A stretch of 64,000 nucleotides of DNA from NCBI RefSeq assembly GCF_001194135.2, contig NC_068984.1:52884786-52948785 (forward strand). The letters run 5' to 3'. This document shows, in pieces, positions 35,771 through 48,606 of this stretch. Below the pieces are notes generated by a model. It was not told the origin of the DNA. It did not search any database and saw only the letters and a program-made list of their open reading frames with translations. This DNA comes from Octopus bimaculoides. Taxonomy: Eukaryota. The position numbers and the translations under genes are program-made. Every line of letters starts with the position of its first letter. Position 1 is the first letter of the stretch.

Positions 35771-36674
35771 AAAAAGATATAAAGACATTCCTCCGTCTTT
35801 TTTTTGTATGTGTATTGCTCTTATTCCATTATACTTAAACAATTTTCCCAACATGTCATATAAGATAGGTTTTTCAAGTTTTTGTAGGTCTTAGGATGAC
35901 CTCCATCACCATCACATCTCAATCATGACCAGTCATAGCATGCATTTAAGGTATATTTGGGTCAAATTTCATTCTAGCTTTTATTTGTTACTCTTAACTC
36001 ACACCCTTACACCTCTCGCCAGCCTTACAAATTCATGCTCCCTTTTTCTTGACTTTACCTCCCCTTCTGCATCTCCTCTCACCCTATACTCTTAGTATGT
36101 CTCTTATATCTCTCAACTTCAACATCAACTCCACTTATGTGCCTTCATCTACACTATCTCTTGCTCTGCTTATTCTTGTTTTTCCTCTTCTTACTCATCC
36201 TATTAAACTTCAGTCATTCTTCTCACTCTCACATTACCCCCCCCCTCTCTATTACTAGCTCACTTAATTATTTCCATTCCACACCAACCCTTTGCCTTTT
36301 TTTTTCACCTCCTCTTTTAAAACCATTATATATATCAACATTTTTTAATTACTTCTGAAGCATCCCCTTTCTTACTTTTGATGAAGTTTAGTGAACTTTT
36401 GCTTTGCTAAAACAATGTTGGCTATGTTATAAAAATATGAATAAACCCATATGTATAATATATATATATATATAATAATGATAATAATCATGATTTTACA
36501 TTAAACTGAAGGATTACTCAAAATTTTTTTGATAGAGTATAAATTTTTTATTCTCTAACTAGAACAGTGACTTTGAAGTTTTGACCAGCTCAGTCATTAT
36601 TAGACACTCCAACAGTGGCTTAGCTGATCAAAACTTTGAAGTCACTAAAGAATAAAATATATATATATATATTG

Positions 36675-36925
36675 TGGAGGCGCGTGGCTTAGTGGTTAGG
36701 GTGTCAGTATCATGATCGTAAGGTTGTGGTTTCGATTCCTGGACTGGGCGACGCGTTGTGTTCTTCAGCAAAACACTTCATTTCACGTTGCTCCAGTCCA
36801 CTCATCTGGCAAAAATGAGTAACGCTGCGATGGACTGGCGTCCCGTCCAGCTGGGGAACACATACGCCATAGAAACCGGGAAACCGGGCCCATGAGCCTG
36901 GTTGGCTTTAAAAAAAGGTGCATTT
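36675..36925 (+). mobile_element. Young tRNA-derived SINE with V-domain-like tail
   Basis: Intact A box (tggcttagtgg) and B box (gtttcgattcc), core ttgctccagtccactcatctggcaaaaatgag, then gcgatggactggcgtcccgtccag, resembling the V-SINE domain. Confidence 0.8.
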
Positions 36926-36971
36926 ATTAAAGGCAGTGCTCCAGCATGGCCACAGTCAAATNNNNNNNNNN

Positions 36972-37003
<32 letters not shown>

Positions 37004-37334
37004 GAGGGAGGGAGGGAGATGGAAAGAGAGAGAAAGCAACAGAGCAAGACTGATACAAGTATGTCAAATGCCATACAACATAAATTCTTGATCTATTAAA
37101 ATATTCTCTGCCTCTGGAGGATGAGTCACAATTATTAAATAGCAATCAAAACCAGCTCCATATAAAAATAAGTGATAATTCCACAAATCAAAAATTCTCC
37201 AAATTTGACATGCCATTAAGAAAAGGGAGTCTTGTTTTCTAGAGATAGGAGGGTATCTTTGCACACATGTTTCTGCTTCAATAAGCATCATCAGTATGAT
37301 AATTTTCTTACCTATCTCCAGTAGCCTTGGGGTA

Positions 37335-37680
37335 AATAAGGGTAAAGTCCCTCTTCAGTCATGAATGACCATGGGATTGCACCTAGAAAGTTACCCTCTG
37401 AGGCACAAGTCCAGGTAGGGTTGTTTATGGAAGACCAGCACCAGCAGTTGCCCATGCATACCAGCTTCCTCTCTCCACACCTCCAATGTTATTTATCCAA
37501 GAGAAAGGCAAAAGCTGATACAGCTTGGCATGAGTGACGTCACAACTCATTTCTACAGCTGCGTAAACTGGAACAACATGAAATAAAGTGTCTTGCTCAA
37601 GAACACAACACACCGCTTGGTCTGGGAATTGAACTCACTACCTCATGATTGTGACCCCAACGCTCTAACCACTGAGCCAT
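37335..37680 (-). mobile_element. tRNA-derived SINE (same head and core, third tail type)
   Basis: Reverse reads atggctcagtggttagagcg...gagttcaattccc...gtgttcttgagcaagacact...gttccagtttacgcagctg, then an unrelated tail. Confidence 0.75.
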
Positions 37681-38509
37681 ATAAAAAAAGATTAGAACAC
37701 ATTTATGGCCTAGGTAATTTGTGTAATTTATACAAAAATCAGTTAAGAGAAATAGCTGAGTGGCCAGTGTCATGTTTTTGAACAACATAGACAAAAATAG
37801 GTATATCAAATATCTTATGATAATTCCATTTGTTCCTCCATTACTTAGCCTGTCCGTAACACTTCCATGTGAATAGTTGAAGGGAGGGGAGGGTGAGGTG
37901 GTGGTAAGTGAAATGTGTACTTTTTTTTTTTTTNNNNNNNNNNTATCTTTTTTTTTTTTTAACTAAGTTTTTTCCCTCCTTTACTTAGCCTGTCTGTTAT
38001 GCTTTCACATGATTAGATGAAGGGAAAGGCGAAAAGCGAAAGAAAAGGGAGAGAGAAAAAGAGGGTAAGATGATGAGGGAGAGTGCTGTGTATTAAGTTT
38101 ATAAAATTGTGCATAAAGTATATAAAGGGTATATATAAAGTGCATTAAGTAATCATTGTATTCCAGTTTTCTTCACTTTTCAATGATTAGCAGATTAGTG
38201 ATTATGTTTTCAGACAGACACAACACAAGCTATGGTTTCAAGATTTTTGATTAAAGTTTTCAGAAATAATCCAATAAATTTACCATGAATTCCGTGAAAT
38301 ATTCACAGGTCCCACTAGTTATATAAATTTTTGATTTAAAACATTTTCCACCTCTGAAGAATGTGTCACAATTATCAAAAGGCAATTAAAACTGACTCCA
38401 TATGAGAAGGGCACATATGTCAGTGTCTAACAAGTCAAGAGAGTATTTCATGCAGTGAACAAAGATTGTCTGATGTAGAACTCTTTATGAAAAGTAGAGT
38501 AGTTGTATA

Positions 38510-38712
38510 CTCTCTTTTACTTGTTTCAGTCATTTGACTGCGGCCATGCTGGAGCACCGCCTTTAGTCGAGAAATTTGACCCCAGGACTTATTCTTTGTA
38601 AGCCTAGTACTTATTCTATCGTCTCTTTTTGCCGAACCGCTAAGTTACGGGGACGTAAACACACCAGCATCGGTTGTCAAGCGATGGTGGGGGGACAAAC
38701 ACAGACACACAA

Positions 38713-38790
<78 letters not shown>

Positions 38791-38953
38791 GACGCGCTTC
38801 TTTCAGTTTCCGTCTACCAAATCCACTCACAAGGCTTTGGTCGGCCTGAGGCTATAGTAGAAGACACTTGCCCAAGGTGCCACGCAGTGGGACTGAACCT
38901 GTAACCATGTGGTTGTTAAGCAAGCTACTTACCACACAGCCACTCCTGCGCCT
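38510..38953 (-). mobile_element. tRNA-headed SINE with internal (TA)n, young full-length copy
   Basis: tcttttacttgtttcagtcatttgactgcggcc ... ccacacagccactcctgcgcct; CpGs retained. Confidence 0.9.
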
Positions 38954-39457
38954 ATACATATTTTTAAATTTAAAAGGGCGACAATTACAGAGGAGCCACT
39001 TCGTGAAATTTATCCCTCATTGCACTCTCCCTCTCGGCTCATCTCTTACTTAATTTTCATTCCACATGAGCCTCTTGCTTTTTTCTCACCTCCTCTTATC
39101 CTAAAACCATTCAAAATTTTCACTTTTGCGTAAAAAGTGATAGATAAATTTATGTTGGTGCTTTGGTGATTTCTGTGGGTAGGATAACCAACAGATATGC
39201 ACTTAAGGTCTGTAGCCAGCTAGTATTTGTCACTATTTCCTCATCCTCATTGTTTTCATGCCCACTTTTTCATGCTTGCATGGGTCAGATGGAAGTTGTT
39301 GAGGCAGATTTTCTATGGTTGGATGCTTTTCCTGCTGTTAACCTTTACCTGTTTCAAAGCAAGATAATATTTCTCCATAACCAGAAATGTTCCCAACAAT
39401 CATGCGATATCAAGCAAGGAGACATGAACATGTAAACACTCACTCACTCAAACATAT

Positions 39458-39501
<44 letters not shown>

Positions 39502-39511
39502 NNNNNNNNNN

Positions 39512-39548
<37 letters not shown>

Positions 39549-40189
39549 CATACATACATTCATCCATCCATCTATTTGAGGTTCATGTACATGACACTTG
39601 CTCAAGGTGATGTACTGTATGATCAAATCCAGAACCATGCACTTGCAAAGTAAACATTTTAACATACAACCATGCCTTCCTTATTTATTTCTTCCTTGTC
39701 ATCCTTCACCAGGCTTTGAGGTTTTCTATATTCACTGCTTACATTTCACTGATATAGAATATCATACTGCTCAACAACATATACAAATACACAATTACTG
39801 ACGCAGCCATATTTAGGTTAATATCATGGCTGTTTTCTTGATGAAAGAAAGTTCCTTATGTCCAACAAAGACTTCTCTAAGCCTTTCTCATACATCTCTA
39901 GACAGAATTCTGGTTTAAGCACCCCATATAACCTCTCATAACTTCTTTAGTTTTGGGAATTAAAAAAAATTTTTTTTTTATGAATTTGTGTTCTACACAA
40001 GAAAATTCATACAATTAGGAAAAAAGGAATTTTTTTCCTTATTTTTATGCCTCCCCACCACCTTCCCCACATAAATCCTAAAATTTCCACTTTTTTGAAT
40101 TTGAGTTTAAAATGGTGGACAGACCAAATTTTTGCTTAAATTCCAGCAATGGACGACCCTTGGGTGCATCATCATTCCATTAAACGTGT

Positions 40190-40360
40190 TTCATCATCAT
40201 CATCATTTAACATCCATGTTCCATGCTAGCATGGGTGGGATGGTACCATAAGAGCTGGCCAGGCTGAAGCCTGCACCAGACTTCTGTGACTGTTTTGGCA
40301 GGATTTTTACAACTGGATGCCCTTCCTAACAGCAGAGTGGACTGAGTGCTTTTTATGTGG
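40190..40360 (-). mobile_element. RTE-type LINE 3' fragment
   Basis: (cat)n ttaacatccatgttccatgctagcatggg...ctggatgcccttcctaac. Confidence 0.7.
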
Positions 40361-41217
40361 CACAAACACAGGCAAGGTGATTAGTGTATGTCAGAGTACC
40401 AAAGAAATGAGGAAGGTGTCAGGTGGTCGTAGGATGTGCTAAAAACACCAGCTAAATCGCCCTTAAATCATACACAAATATTATTCTTTTCTTTGCATAA
40501 TCATATATTTTCCATGTGTTAAAAACAAATTTGCAAAAACTTCCTGAAAATTCTCAAAAATAAAAAAAAAGTTATGCAGGGTTATATGGGATGCTTGAAC
40601 CAGAATTTACCCATCCTTAATTCCTAAGTATTGTTGATGAAAGAGAACCATTGGTTCATTTTCATAATAGATTTATATCTTTTGAGTGGCTTTTGCTTCT
40701 TGGAGCTAGTTTGTCTTGTACCACCTTTACTGAGATAATTACAACTTTCTTCTTCCTCAATGTCCACATTCTGTCTGTTTTACAGGCACTTCACTAACCA
40801 CTCTATCCAGATTTCCCTCCCCAGAATATTGACCCCGCCTCCCTGGAATTCCTCCCTGCTCACATCAGTCAAGAGGAACATTATGAACTTTATCCATGTC
40901 AATCTCTCTGGTTTCAGAGGCCTGTGAAGCTCATAAATGCAGTCTCTTACTCCAGACTAAACCCCACAAAAATGAAGGAAAAAATAAACTTTAGTTCAGA
41001 GCTGCATGCATGTATGCATTATTTGCTGGGATAAGCAAACTTGGTGCTCCAGAAGTTTGGCTTATTTTGTTATATATGCATGTATGTAAAGCACAACGCT
41101 ATCAATTTCTAAGTATGCACTTTTTTTGTTTTACTTGAGTTTCTCTTTCAAACTTTAGATATCAATTCTTTTTTTTTTTTCTACTGAAATGGGATTTCTG
41201 AACACATTGGCAACTTA

Positions 41218-41444
41218 TTAACCTTTTAGCATGCAGAATACTCTGTCAGATGTAATGCTTATTTATTCACATTGTTTTGAATTAGTCGTGCATTATCTTG
41301 TAGCTTCACGATGTCAATGACGTGACTGTTTATTTTTAGAATAACATTATAGGGTATGTATGAGAGGCTGGATCTGACCAGTTTGAACATAAAACATAAA
41401 GAATATTCGGGTCAGATATGCCAGTTTAAATGCTAAAGGGTTAA
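41218..41444 (+). mobile_element. piggyBac-like MITE (~220 bp)
   Basis: TTAA target duplications (41218-41221, 41441-41444) and CC(C/T)TTTAGCAT...ATGCTAAAGGG terminal inverted repeats. Confidence 0.8.
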
Positions 41445-41715
41445 CTTGTATGTTTATATTTCGGGTTTGGCTGCATGCTTATTACTAAATTCATTTTGGT
41501 CTTACGATTGCCACTTATAGGCGGAATTGAACCCTAGACAAACAGTGGAATTCTGTAAGGTAAGTAAACTAAGTTACTGTTGGGTCATTACCAAAGTTGC
41601 TGCGGGTATGTGGACGCACATAAACACAGATACATACACACACAAACACATATATGGTTATTTTATAATTCATTTACCATTTACAGTGTATTTGTGTGTG
41701 CGTGTGTGTGTGTGT

Positions 41716-41748
<33 letters not shown>

Positions 41749-42002
41749 ATGTAAATTGCAGTCAAGATCTCATCATCAATACCCTGGATTTCTGAGTTTC
41801 TTGACAGTGGAGTTGGTTCATTGATATCCTATGTTAACAAAAGGGCTACTTATCAGTCTTTTTGTCAACTGAAAGAATGACATTAGACCAAATCCACTAA
41901 CAAGGTATTGTATTGAGACTTTGACCATAATTAATTACATATTAAATATTCATACCCAACTCCTGTCCTGCTATTAGTACTTACCTCAGTTCATTACCAC
42001 TA

Positions 42003-42034
<32 letters not shown>

Positions 42035-42499
42035 ATGTATATGTACGTGTGCGTGTGTGTGTGTACACACATACACATGTACTCACACACTAGATGTACA
42101 CCAGAATACCAATAATACAGTGTAGGTTATGAATAAATATGTGGAAATTTGGGCTTCAAAATTTCTTTTTGGTTATTTAGGAAGAGAATTGAACTGACTG
42201 ATTTTGTTATTAAACAACTCATTAGGATTCATTGACCTTTCTCTCTCTCTCTCTCTCAAACTACTGACACAGCTCATTTGCATAATAGTAGAATGTTGAT
42301 GGACTGACAATAATTGTTAAAGTGCTAGTACAGTATGTGTTATGACCAAATAAACGCACTGACTCATCCATATGTTCTAAATTTTGCTAGCTTGGAATGA
42401 AGATTTAAACAAATTATGTTTCTTTCTTATTTAATAACCCAGCAAGATTCACTCACCTCTTCCTCTCTAATTACCAATGACAGCAGCTGAAATTACACA

Positions 42500-42658
42500 T
42501 AGGCACAAGTGTGGCTGCTTGGTAAGAAGCTTGCTTCCCAATAACATGATTCTAGGATTACTCCCAGTGTGGCACTCTGGGCATGTGTCTTCTACTATAG
42601 CCTTGGGCCAACCAAAGCCTTGTGAGTGGATTTGGTAAACAGAAACTAAAAGAAGCCC

Positions 42659-42729
<71 letters not shown>

Positions 42730-43090
42730 TTAGATTGGAGCCTGGTGTTGCCATCCGGTTTCACCAGTCCTCAGTCAAATCGTCCAACCCATGCTAGCAT
42801 GGAAAGCGGACGTTAAACGATGATGATATATATATATAAATTATATATCTATATAATTGTCCAACCCATGCCAGTATGGAAAGTGGATGTTAAATGATGA
42901 TGATGATGTGTGTGTGTCTGTGTTTGTCCCCCACCACTGCTTGGCAACTGGTGGTGTTGTGTTTGCATCCCTATAACTTAGTGGTTCAACAAAAGAGACC
43001 GATAGAATAAGTATTAGGCTGAAAAAAACGAAGTCCAAGGGTCAATTTGTTTGACTCCCTTCTAGGTGGTGTCCCAGCATGACTGCAGTC
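42500..43090 (+). mobile_element. tRNA-headed SINE with RTE 3' fragments nested in its microsatellite
   Basis: SINE 5' half 42500-42660, (TA)n, RTE tails at 42731-42827 and 42858-42906, SINE 3' half 42910-43110. Confidence 0.8.
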
Positions 43091-43385
43091 CAATGACTGA
43101 AACAAGTAAAAGTTAGAAGATAAAAGCTAAAGATGAAAATGCAAACAAAACTGGTAAATGATGCAACTCATTTGCATAATGCTAGAATTTGATGGCCAGA
43201 CCATAATTACTTAGGCACCAATGTAGCATATATTATGAAAAATAAATATACAGTAAGTTTTGTATGATGGAGACAGTTCCTTCCTGATTTCATATTTACT
43301 GGAATTGTTAAGTTCTACATTGGGTTTGTTTTCATCATTGCCTTTCTCAGCCTTTGACCTCATGCACTTGTGTGTATGTGTGTGA

Positions 43386-43478
<93 letters not shown>

Positions 43479-43809
43479 CTCATGCTGATGCCCTGTAAAA
43501 TGCACTCATGCTGGTGTCATGTAAAAGGCACCCAGCACACTCTTTAAAGTGGTTGGCTTTAGGAAGGGTATCCAGCCATAGAAACCATGCCAAAACAGAC
43601 AATTGGAGCCTGGTCAGCTCCTGTTAAACTATCAAACCCATGCCAGCATGGACAATTGACGTTAAACGATGATGATATGGCCAATGCCTTATGCATGGAT
43701 TTGGAAGATAGAAACTGAAAGAAGCCCATCATATGTATGTGTTTGTTCACATTTGTGCTTCACCAAAACTCACTAAACTACAAGTGGTGACATTATTGTT
43801 ATTTCCCTT

Positions 43810-44075
43810 TTATCTTTTACTAGTTTCAGTCATTAGATTGTGGCCATGTTGGGGCACGACCTTGAAGAACTTTTAGTTGAATGAATCAACCCACTATTAA
43901 TTTTTTTTTGTTTTTTAAGCCTGCTACTTATTCTATCAGTCTCTTTTGCCGAAACACTAAGTTACAGGGACATAAACACACCAATACCAGTTGTCAATCA
44001 GTGGTAGGGAGACAAAGACACAAAACAAACACACACACACACACACACAAAATGAACTTCTTTCAGATTCCTTCT
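43810..44075 (-). mobile_element. tRNA-headed SINE, 3' half
   Basis: cttttactagtttcagtcattagattgtggccatg...gggagacaaagacac(ac)n...cttctttcag. Confidence 0.75.
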
Positions 44076-44133
44076 AACACATGTTAGCTTGGAAGTAGAT
44101 ATAAAATCAAATAAATGGACTAGGTCATTTATA

Positions 44134-44731
44134 CAAGGGTTGACTGAAAAGTTCATAGGCTGACCAAGATACTCTCATGAAATGTGACCAAATGTGGTTT
44201 GTTTTTCAACATAGTTCCTTTTGCAGTCCACACACTTCTTCCGTTGGTCTTGCAGTGCTTTGATCCTATTGGCGAAGAAGCTGTCATCCAGTTGGTCAAA
44301 AAAGTCATCAACAGCAGATATGATATCTCCATCACTGTGATACTGGTTCCCAGCAAGTATTTTTTTCAAACAATGTCAGACATGACCTGCCTGACGTGCT
44401 TTTGATCAGATATCAGAAGACGTGGCACCCACTGAGTACAGACTTGCATCATGCCAATTCATTGTGCAGAATATTCTCAACTCTCTCACAGGATATGCCA
44501 GTAGCATTGGCTGTTTGATTTATAATTGATAACACCAAGATTGCCAAATTTTCTCTATTTTCAAGTGAAGTTGCAACTAGTTATTTTTGAAGTCTTCTTT
44601 GAACAGTCAAATGTCAGTTTATCTGCAAAGAAACAGTGAAGTTAATAAGAAGAGTTGAAATTATTGCACGCAAAATTTCACAGCTCTCGCATCACTCCTT
44701 CATAGTCAGTCTATAAATTTTTCCTCATATG
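44134..44731 (-). mobile_element. Internally deleted mariner transposon
   Basis: TA|CAAGGGTTGACTGAAAAGTTCATAGGCTGAC TIR, with a degenerate partner gtcagtctataaatttttc...tg|TA at 44705-44733. The minus strand encodes transposase pieces ANATGISCERVENILHNEL...QWVPRLL (HTH/WVPxxL motif) joined to MKKILAGNQYHSDGDIISAVDDFFDQLDDSFFANRIKALQDQRKKCVDCKRNYVEK (C-terminus); the DD34D catalytic core is missing. Confidence 0.85.
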
Positions 44732-44880
44732 TATATTTTTAGTTTCACTCTGAAATTAGACTGCAAGAGTCTTTTTGGCATCTTAGGCTAATGATTGAAC
44801 CAACTTTATCATTCATTCAGTTATTTATCATTTCTTCAGGATTCACTCACTCCCCCTCTCTCAGTATATCTAGCTATCTA

Positions 44881-44938
<58 letters not shown>

Positions 44939-44956
44939 TATACATATATATATATA

Positions 44957-45195
44957 CAGTTCTATATTTAAGAGATGAGGAATTATTTACATTATTTACA
45001 TTATCTACATTTGACGGATATTCGTCCTCATCTTGTTTGTTGTTAACACAACGTTTCGGCTGATATACCCTCCAGCCTTCGTCAGGTGTCTTGGGGAAAT
45101 TTCGAACCTGGGTTCTCATTCCTATCGATGTTACTATTATTATTATTATTAATCAGGTCGCTGCCGTGAATCGAACTCGGAACCTTGGGGTTAGT
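44957..45195 (-). mobile_element. tRNA-headed short element carrying a hammerhead ribozyme (5' end hidden in gap)
   Basis: Minus strand order: tRNA 3'-half-like ACTAACCCCAAGGTTCCGAGTTCGATTCACGGCAGCGACC (45195-45156, B box GTTCGATTC), (AAT)n spacer, hammerhead (45090-45045), terminal stem AGATGAGGA/TCCTCATCT, end AGAACTG abutting a (TA)n tract. Confidence 0.75.
45045..45090 (-). ncRNA. Minimal type I hammerhead ribozyme
   Basis: GACAC-CTGACGA-A-GGCTG-GAGGGTATAT-CAGCC-GAAAC-GTT-GTGTT: complete catalytic core, 5-bp stem II, palindromic ACGT minimal stem III, NUH triplet GUU, stem I GACAC/GTGTT. Confidence 0.8.
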
Positions 45196-48009
45196 NNNNN
45201 NNNNNNNNNNNNNNNNNNNNNNNNNNNNNNNNNNNNNNNNNNNNNNNNNNNNNNNNNNNNNNNNNNNNNNNNNNNNNNNNNNNNNNNNNNNNNNNNNNNN
45301 NNNNNNNNNNNNNNNNNNNNNNNNNNNNNNNNNNNNNNNNNNNNNNNNNNNNNNNNNNNNNNNNNNNNNNNNNNNNNNNNNNNNNNNNNNNNNNNNNNNN
45401 NNNNNNNNNNNNNNNNNNNNNNNNNNNNNNNNNNNNNNNNNNNNNNNNNNNNNNNNNNNNNNNNNNNNNNNNNNNNNNNNNNNNNNNNNNNNNNNNNNNN
45501 NNNNNNNNNNNNNNNNNNNNNNNNNNNNNNNNNNNNNNNNNNNNNNNNNNNNNNNNNNNNNNNNNNNNNNNNNNNNNNNNNNNNNNNNNNNNNNNNNNNN
45601 NNNNNNNNNNNNNNNNNNNNNNNNNNNNNNNNNNNNNNNNNNNNNNNNNNNNNNNNNNNNNNNNNNNNNNNNNNNNNNNNNNNNNNNNNNNNNNNNNNNN
45701 NNNNNNNNNNNNNNNNNNNNNNNNNNNNNNNNNNNNNNNNNNNNNNNNNNNNNNNNNNNNNTGGCAGGAGGTTATTTATTATAATGATTTCAAATTTTGG
45801 AACAAGGTCAGCAGCTTCTCAGCTAAGAATTCTACCAGCTTGCCTCTTTAGATTACTTGTTAAAAATGCAAACAAAATTTGTGACTGACACAACTCATTA
45901 AATTATTCAAAGCTGACAACCTGATAATTACTAAAGTACCAATACACACATACACATATGTAAACTCTCATACATTTATACTATATACAATAAAGAATAT
46001 ACTTACCTTTCCAAATAATATTTTACTGTTTTAAACAACTTGTTTACTTTTTACATATTTCTTTGTAATATTACTTTACTTTTTTCTTGTATTCTTGTGT
46101 AAACTCTAAAACTACTGCACGTGTTGCTGTTTTTATCACTACTGCTACCATACTGTTATTACTACTAATACTATTTCTATTATTAAACTGTTTGCTTTGG
46201 GCCTTTTATATCACCCTTTAATCGAGGTAATACAAGACTATATCCAACCAAAGATTCCTCTAAGTAGCTTCCTGTTACATTAACTCAGTTATTTTCATTG
46301 TGCTGAGAGAAGCAAAATCACTTAATAACATGGACTAAAATAATTCCAAATTCCAATTTTATTATGATATAAACTGACAAAACATTAAATTATGTTTATT
46401 TTGATTTTAAATGTAGCTGCAGTTACTCTGTCCAAGAATCATGTCATATTAAACAAATATTAATTTGTTTAGAAGGTAACTTACTTATAATTGCCAACCA
46501 CATGTGCAGTCTTATACATTTACATAGTGAATCTTCCATCACTGCAGTTGATTCAATGATGAGACCAAAACATTTGGATTTGTCTTTTTGACTTATAGCA
46601 AAATAAATAAAATAATTTTTGTCATTAACTAATGTCTTTTTTCCTCACAACATAATTATTTTCTAGTTTGATTTTTAATGCTCCTCATATTAAATATGTT
46701 AACAACAGCTTAAGTATCAATTTGAACTAGCATACTACTAAATATGGTAAATTAATGGAATGTTGGCATTCTATATTTTTTAATTGATTCTCTAAATCAG
46801 TTTAATTGTAAATGTTTCCCACTCATCTACTTTATTTATCAAGCTTTTACTTTTATCTCGTAAATATATAAACACTATTTGCAGCAATGTATTTACAGAA
46901 ATATTATTTTCCTTTTTGTCATAAATTATGTTTGAGATTTATTACAAAAAATTAAAAACATCTTCAAAGTAACTTTCAAATTAACATTATTTTTATAATT
47001 ATTATTTGTTTATTTTTGTATTTCAATTTAATTACTTTATATGACATGGGTGGAGAAATTTGATGCATTTGATACATATTTAACTTACAATTTGTCATAT
47101 TTTATACTCACTTTGTTGTCACTTTGCCAGAGGTTCTTGACCTTTTTATGTTTCCAAACCCACCGAAACTCGTCCAATATGCCCCTATATCCTCATTGCT
47201 TGACTATTGAAATCATCATCACCTCTAGTCCTATTACATGTCAGATTAGTTTCAAAAGATGAATAGCTTGGTTTTACTTAACATGGATAACCAGGAACAG
47301 AGCAAGAAAGTGAATTATAAGGAATTTGTATTTATTTATAGAAAATGAGAGATTGAGTTGCATACTCCCAGCTTTTGATTTCCATACCTTCAAGATGTAT
47401 AGACACCCCTAGTTAAAAAACCTTTGTTTTATGCTTTTTTCCCCTTTAATACAGTTCTTTGGCTTTAACTTATTAATATGTAACAACTAAATAATCGTTT
47501 TTACATTTCAGCTACTCGCTGTATTAGTACCTACAAAACCACCCTTGTGCCAACATTTTTGTTTTCAGTAGGATGCTAGTAATTGTGTTGAAACCCAAAT
47601 GCAGTATTGAATTAATTGCATTTCAGTATTTAGTTTTATTTCTTTAGTTTCTGAGTTCAAATTCTGTCATAGCCAGCTTTATATTTTATCTATTTAGAAT
47701 TGATAAGATAATTTCTAGTAATATAATGGCATTAGTTCCATCAACTATACTTCTCCTTAAGAAATATGTGTTCTATTCGTATGTAGATAACTCTAGATAT
47801 TTGAGTATCACTTTCTTTCATTTGTTCATTCAGTTGTGTGTGTGTGTGTGTGTGTGTTGTATGCACACATATATATCAATGTATTATGATTTTATAAAAT
47901 ATTAATATCAATTTATAATTTATTACAGTTTGCTGGATATGAATGAGAGGTGATAGTGCTTTCAATTTTTGTCACAATTTATATTGTGCCCTAATCAAGA
48001 TAAAACCGT

Positions 48010-48226
48010 GCTTGCACTGTTTATCTGTGAAATATTATGCATATTTTATCAGATTGTTTGAATTAATCATGCATTACCTCATAAATTTGAGATTTTGATG
48101 ATGGGATTGTTTATTTTGAGGGTGATGTAGGGTAGGTGTGAGAAGCTTAATCAGGCCAGTTTGAACAGTAAAGCATTTAGAATATCTTGGCCAGATATGG
48201 CTGTTTTAAATGCTAAAAAGGATTAA
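48010..48226 (+). mobile_element. piggyBac-like MITE, degenerate
   Basis: ttgaattaatcatgcatta...gggtaggtgtgagaag...ccagatatggc...aaatgctaaaaaggattaa. Confidence 0.65.
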
Positions 48227-48606
48227 AAAGAAATCACTTCTACTTCATGGTGAAGTGGCTAGACACTGGAAAATTATCTTGTAAAACATTAATTTAATAA
48301 TGTATACCATATCTAAGTTTTCGGTTTGTACTGTCTGAGAATTAAACTCAACTCATTTTTTTAAATTTTTATATTTCATCTATTATTAGCTAATTGTGGA
48401 AGAATGGTAGAATGTTATCCTGCTAACTGAAGGATTACAGTTTCTTACCTCTCCATGAATAATTTCCCTTGCTGTCTGTGTAATGATAAAACTATTCAGT
48501 TATTACTTTTATCAAGCAAATATATGAAACACTATTTGCAGTTTTCAGTAGACGGTATACTATCCTGCTTTGTTAACTTGCAGTTTTCATTTGAAATGTT
48601 CATCTT

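Noticed and set aside
36675-36755. tRNA gene-like sequence (also 63690-63764 and the SINE heads)
   Set aside because: A and B boxes are present, but the acceptor stem is not closed and each runs directly into a SINE body.
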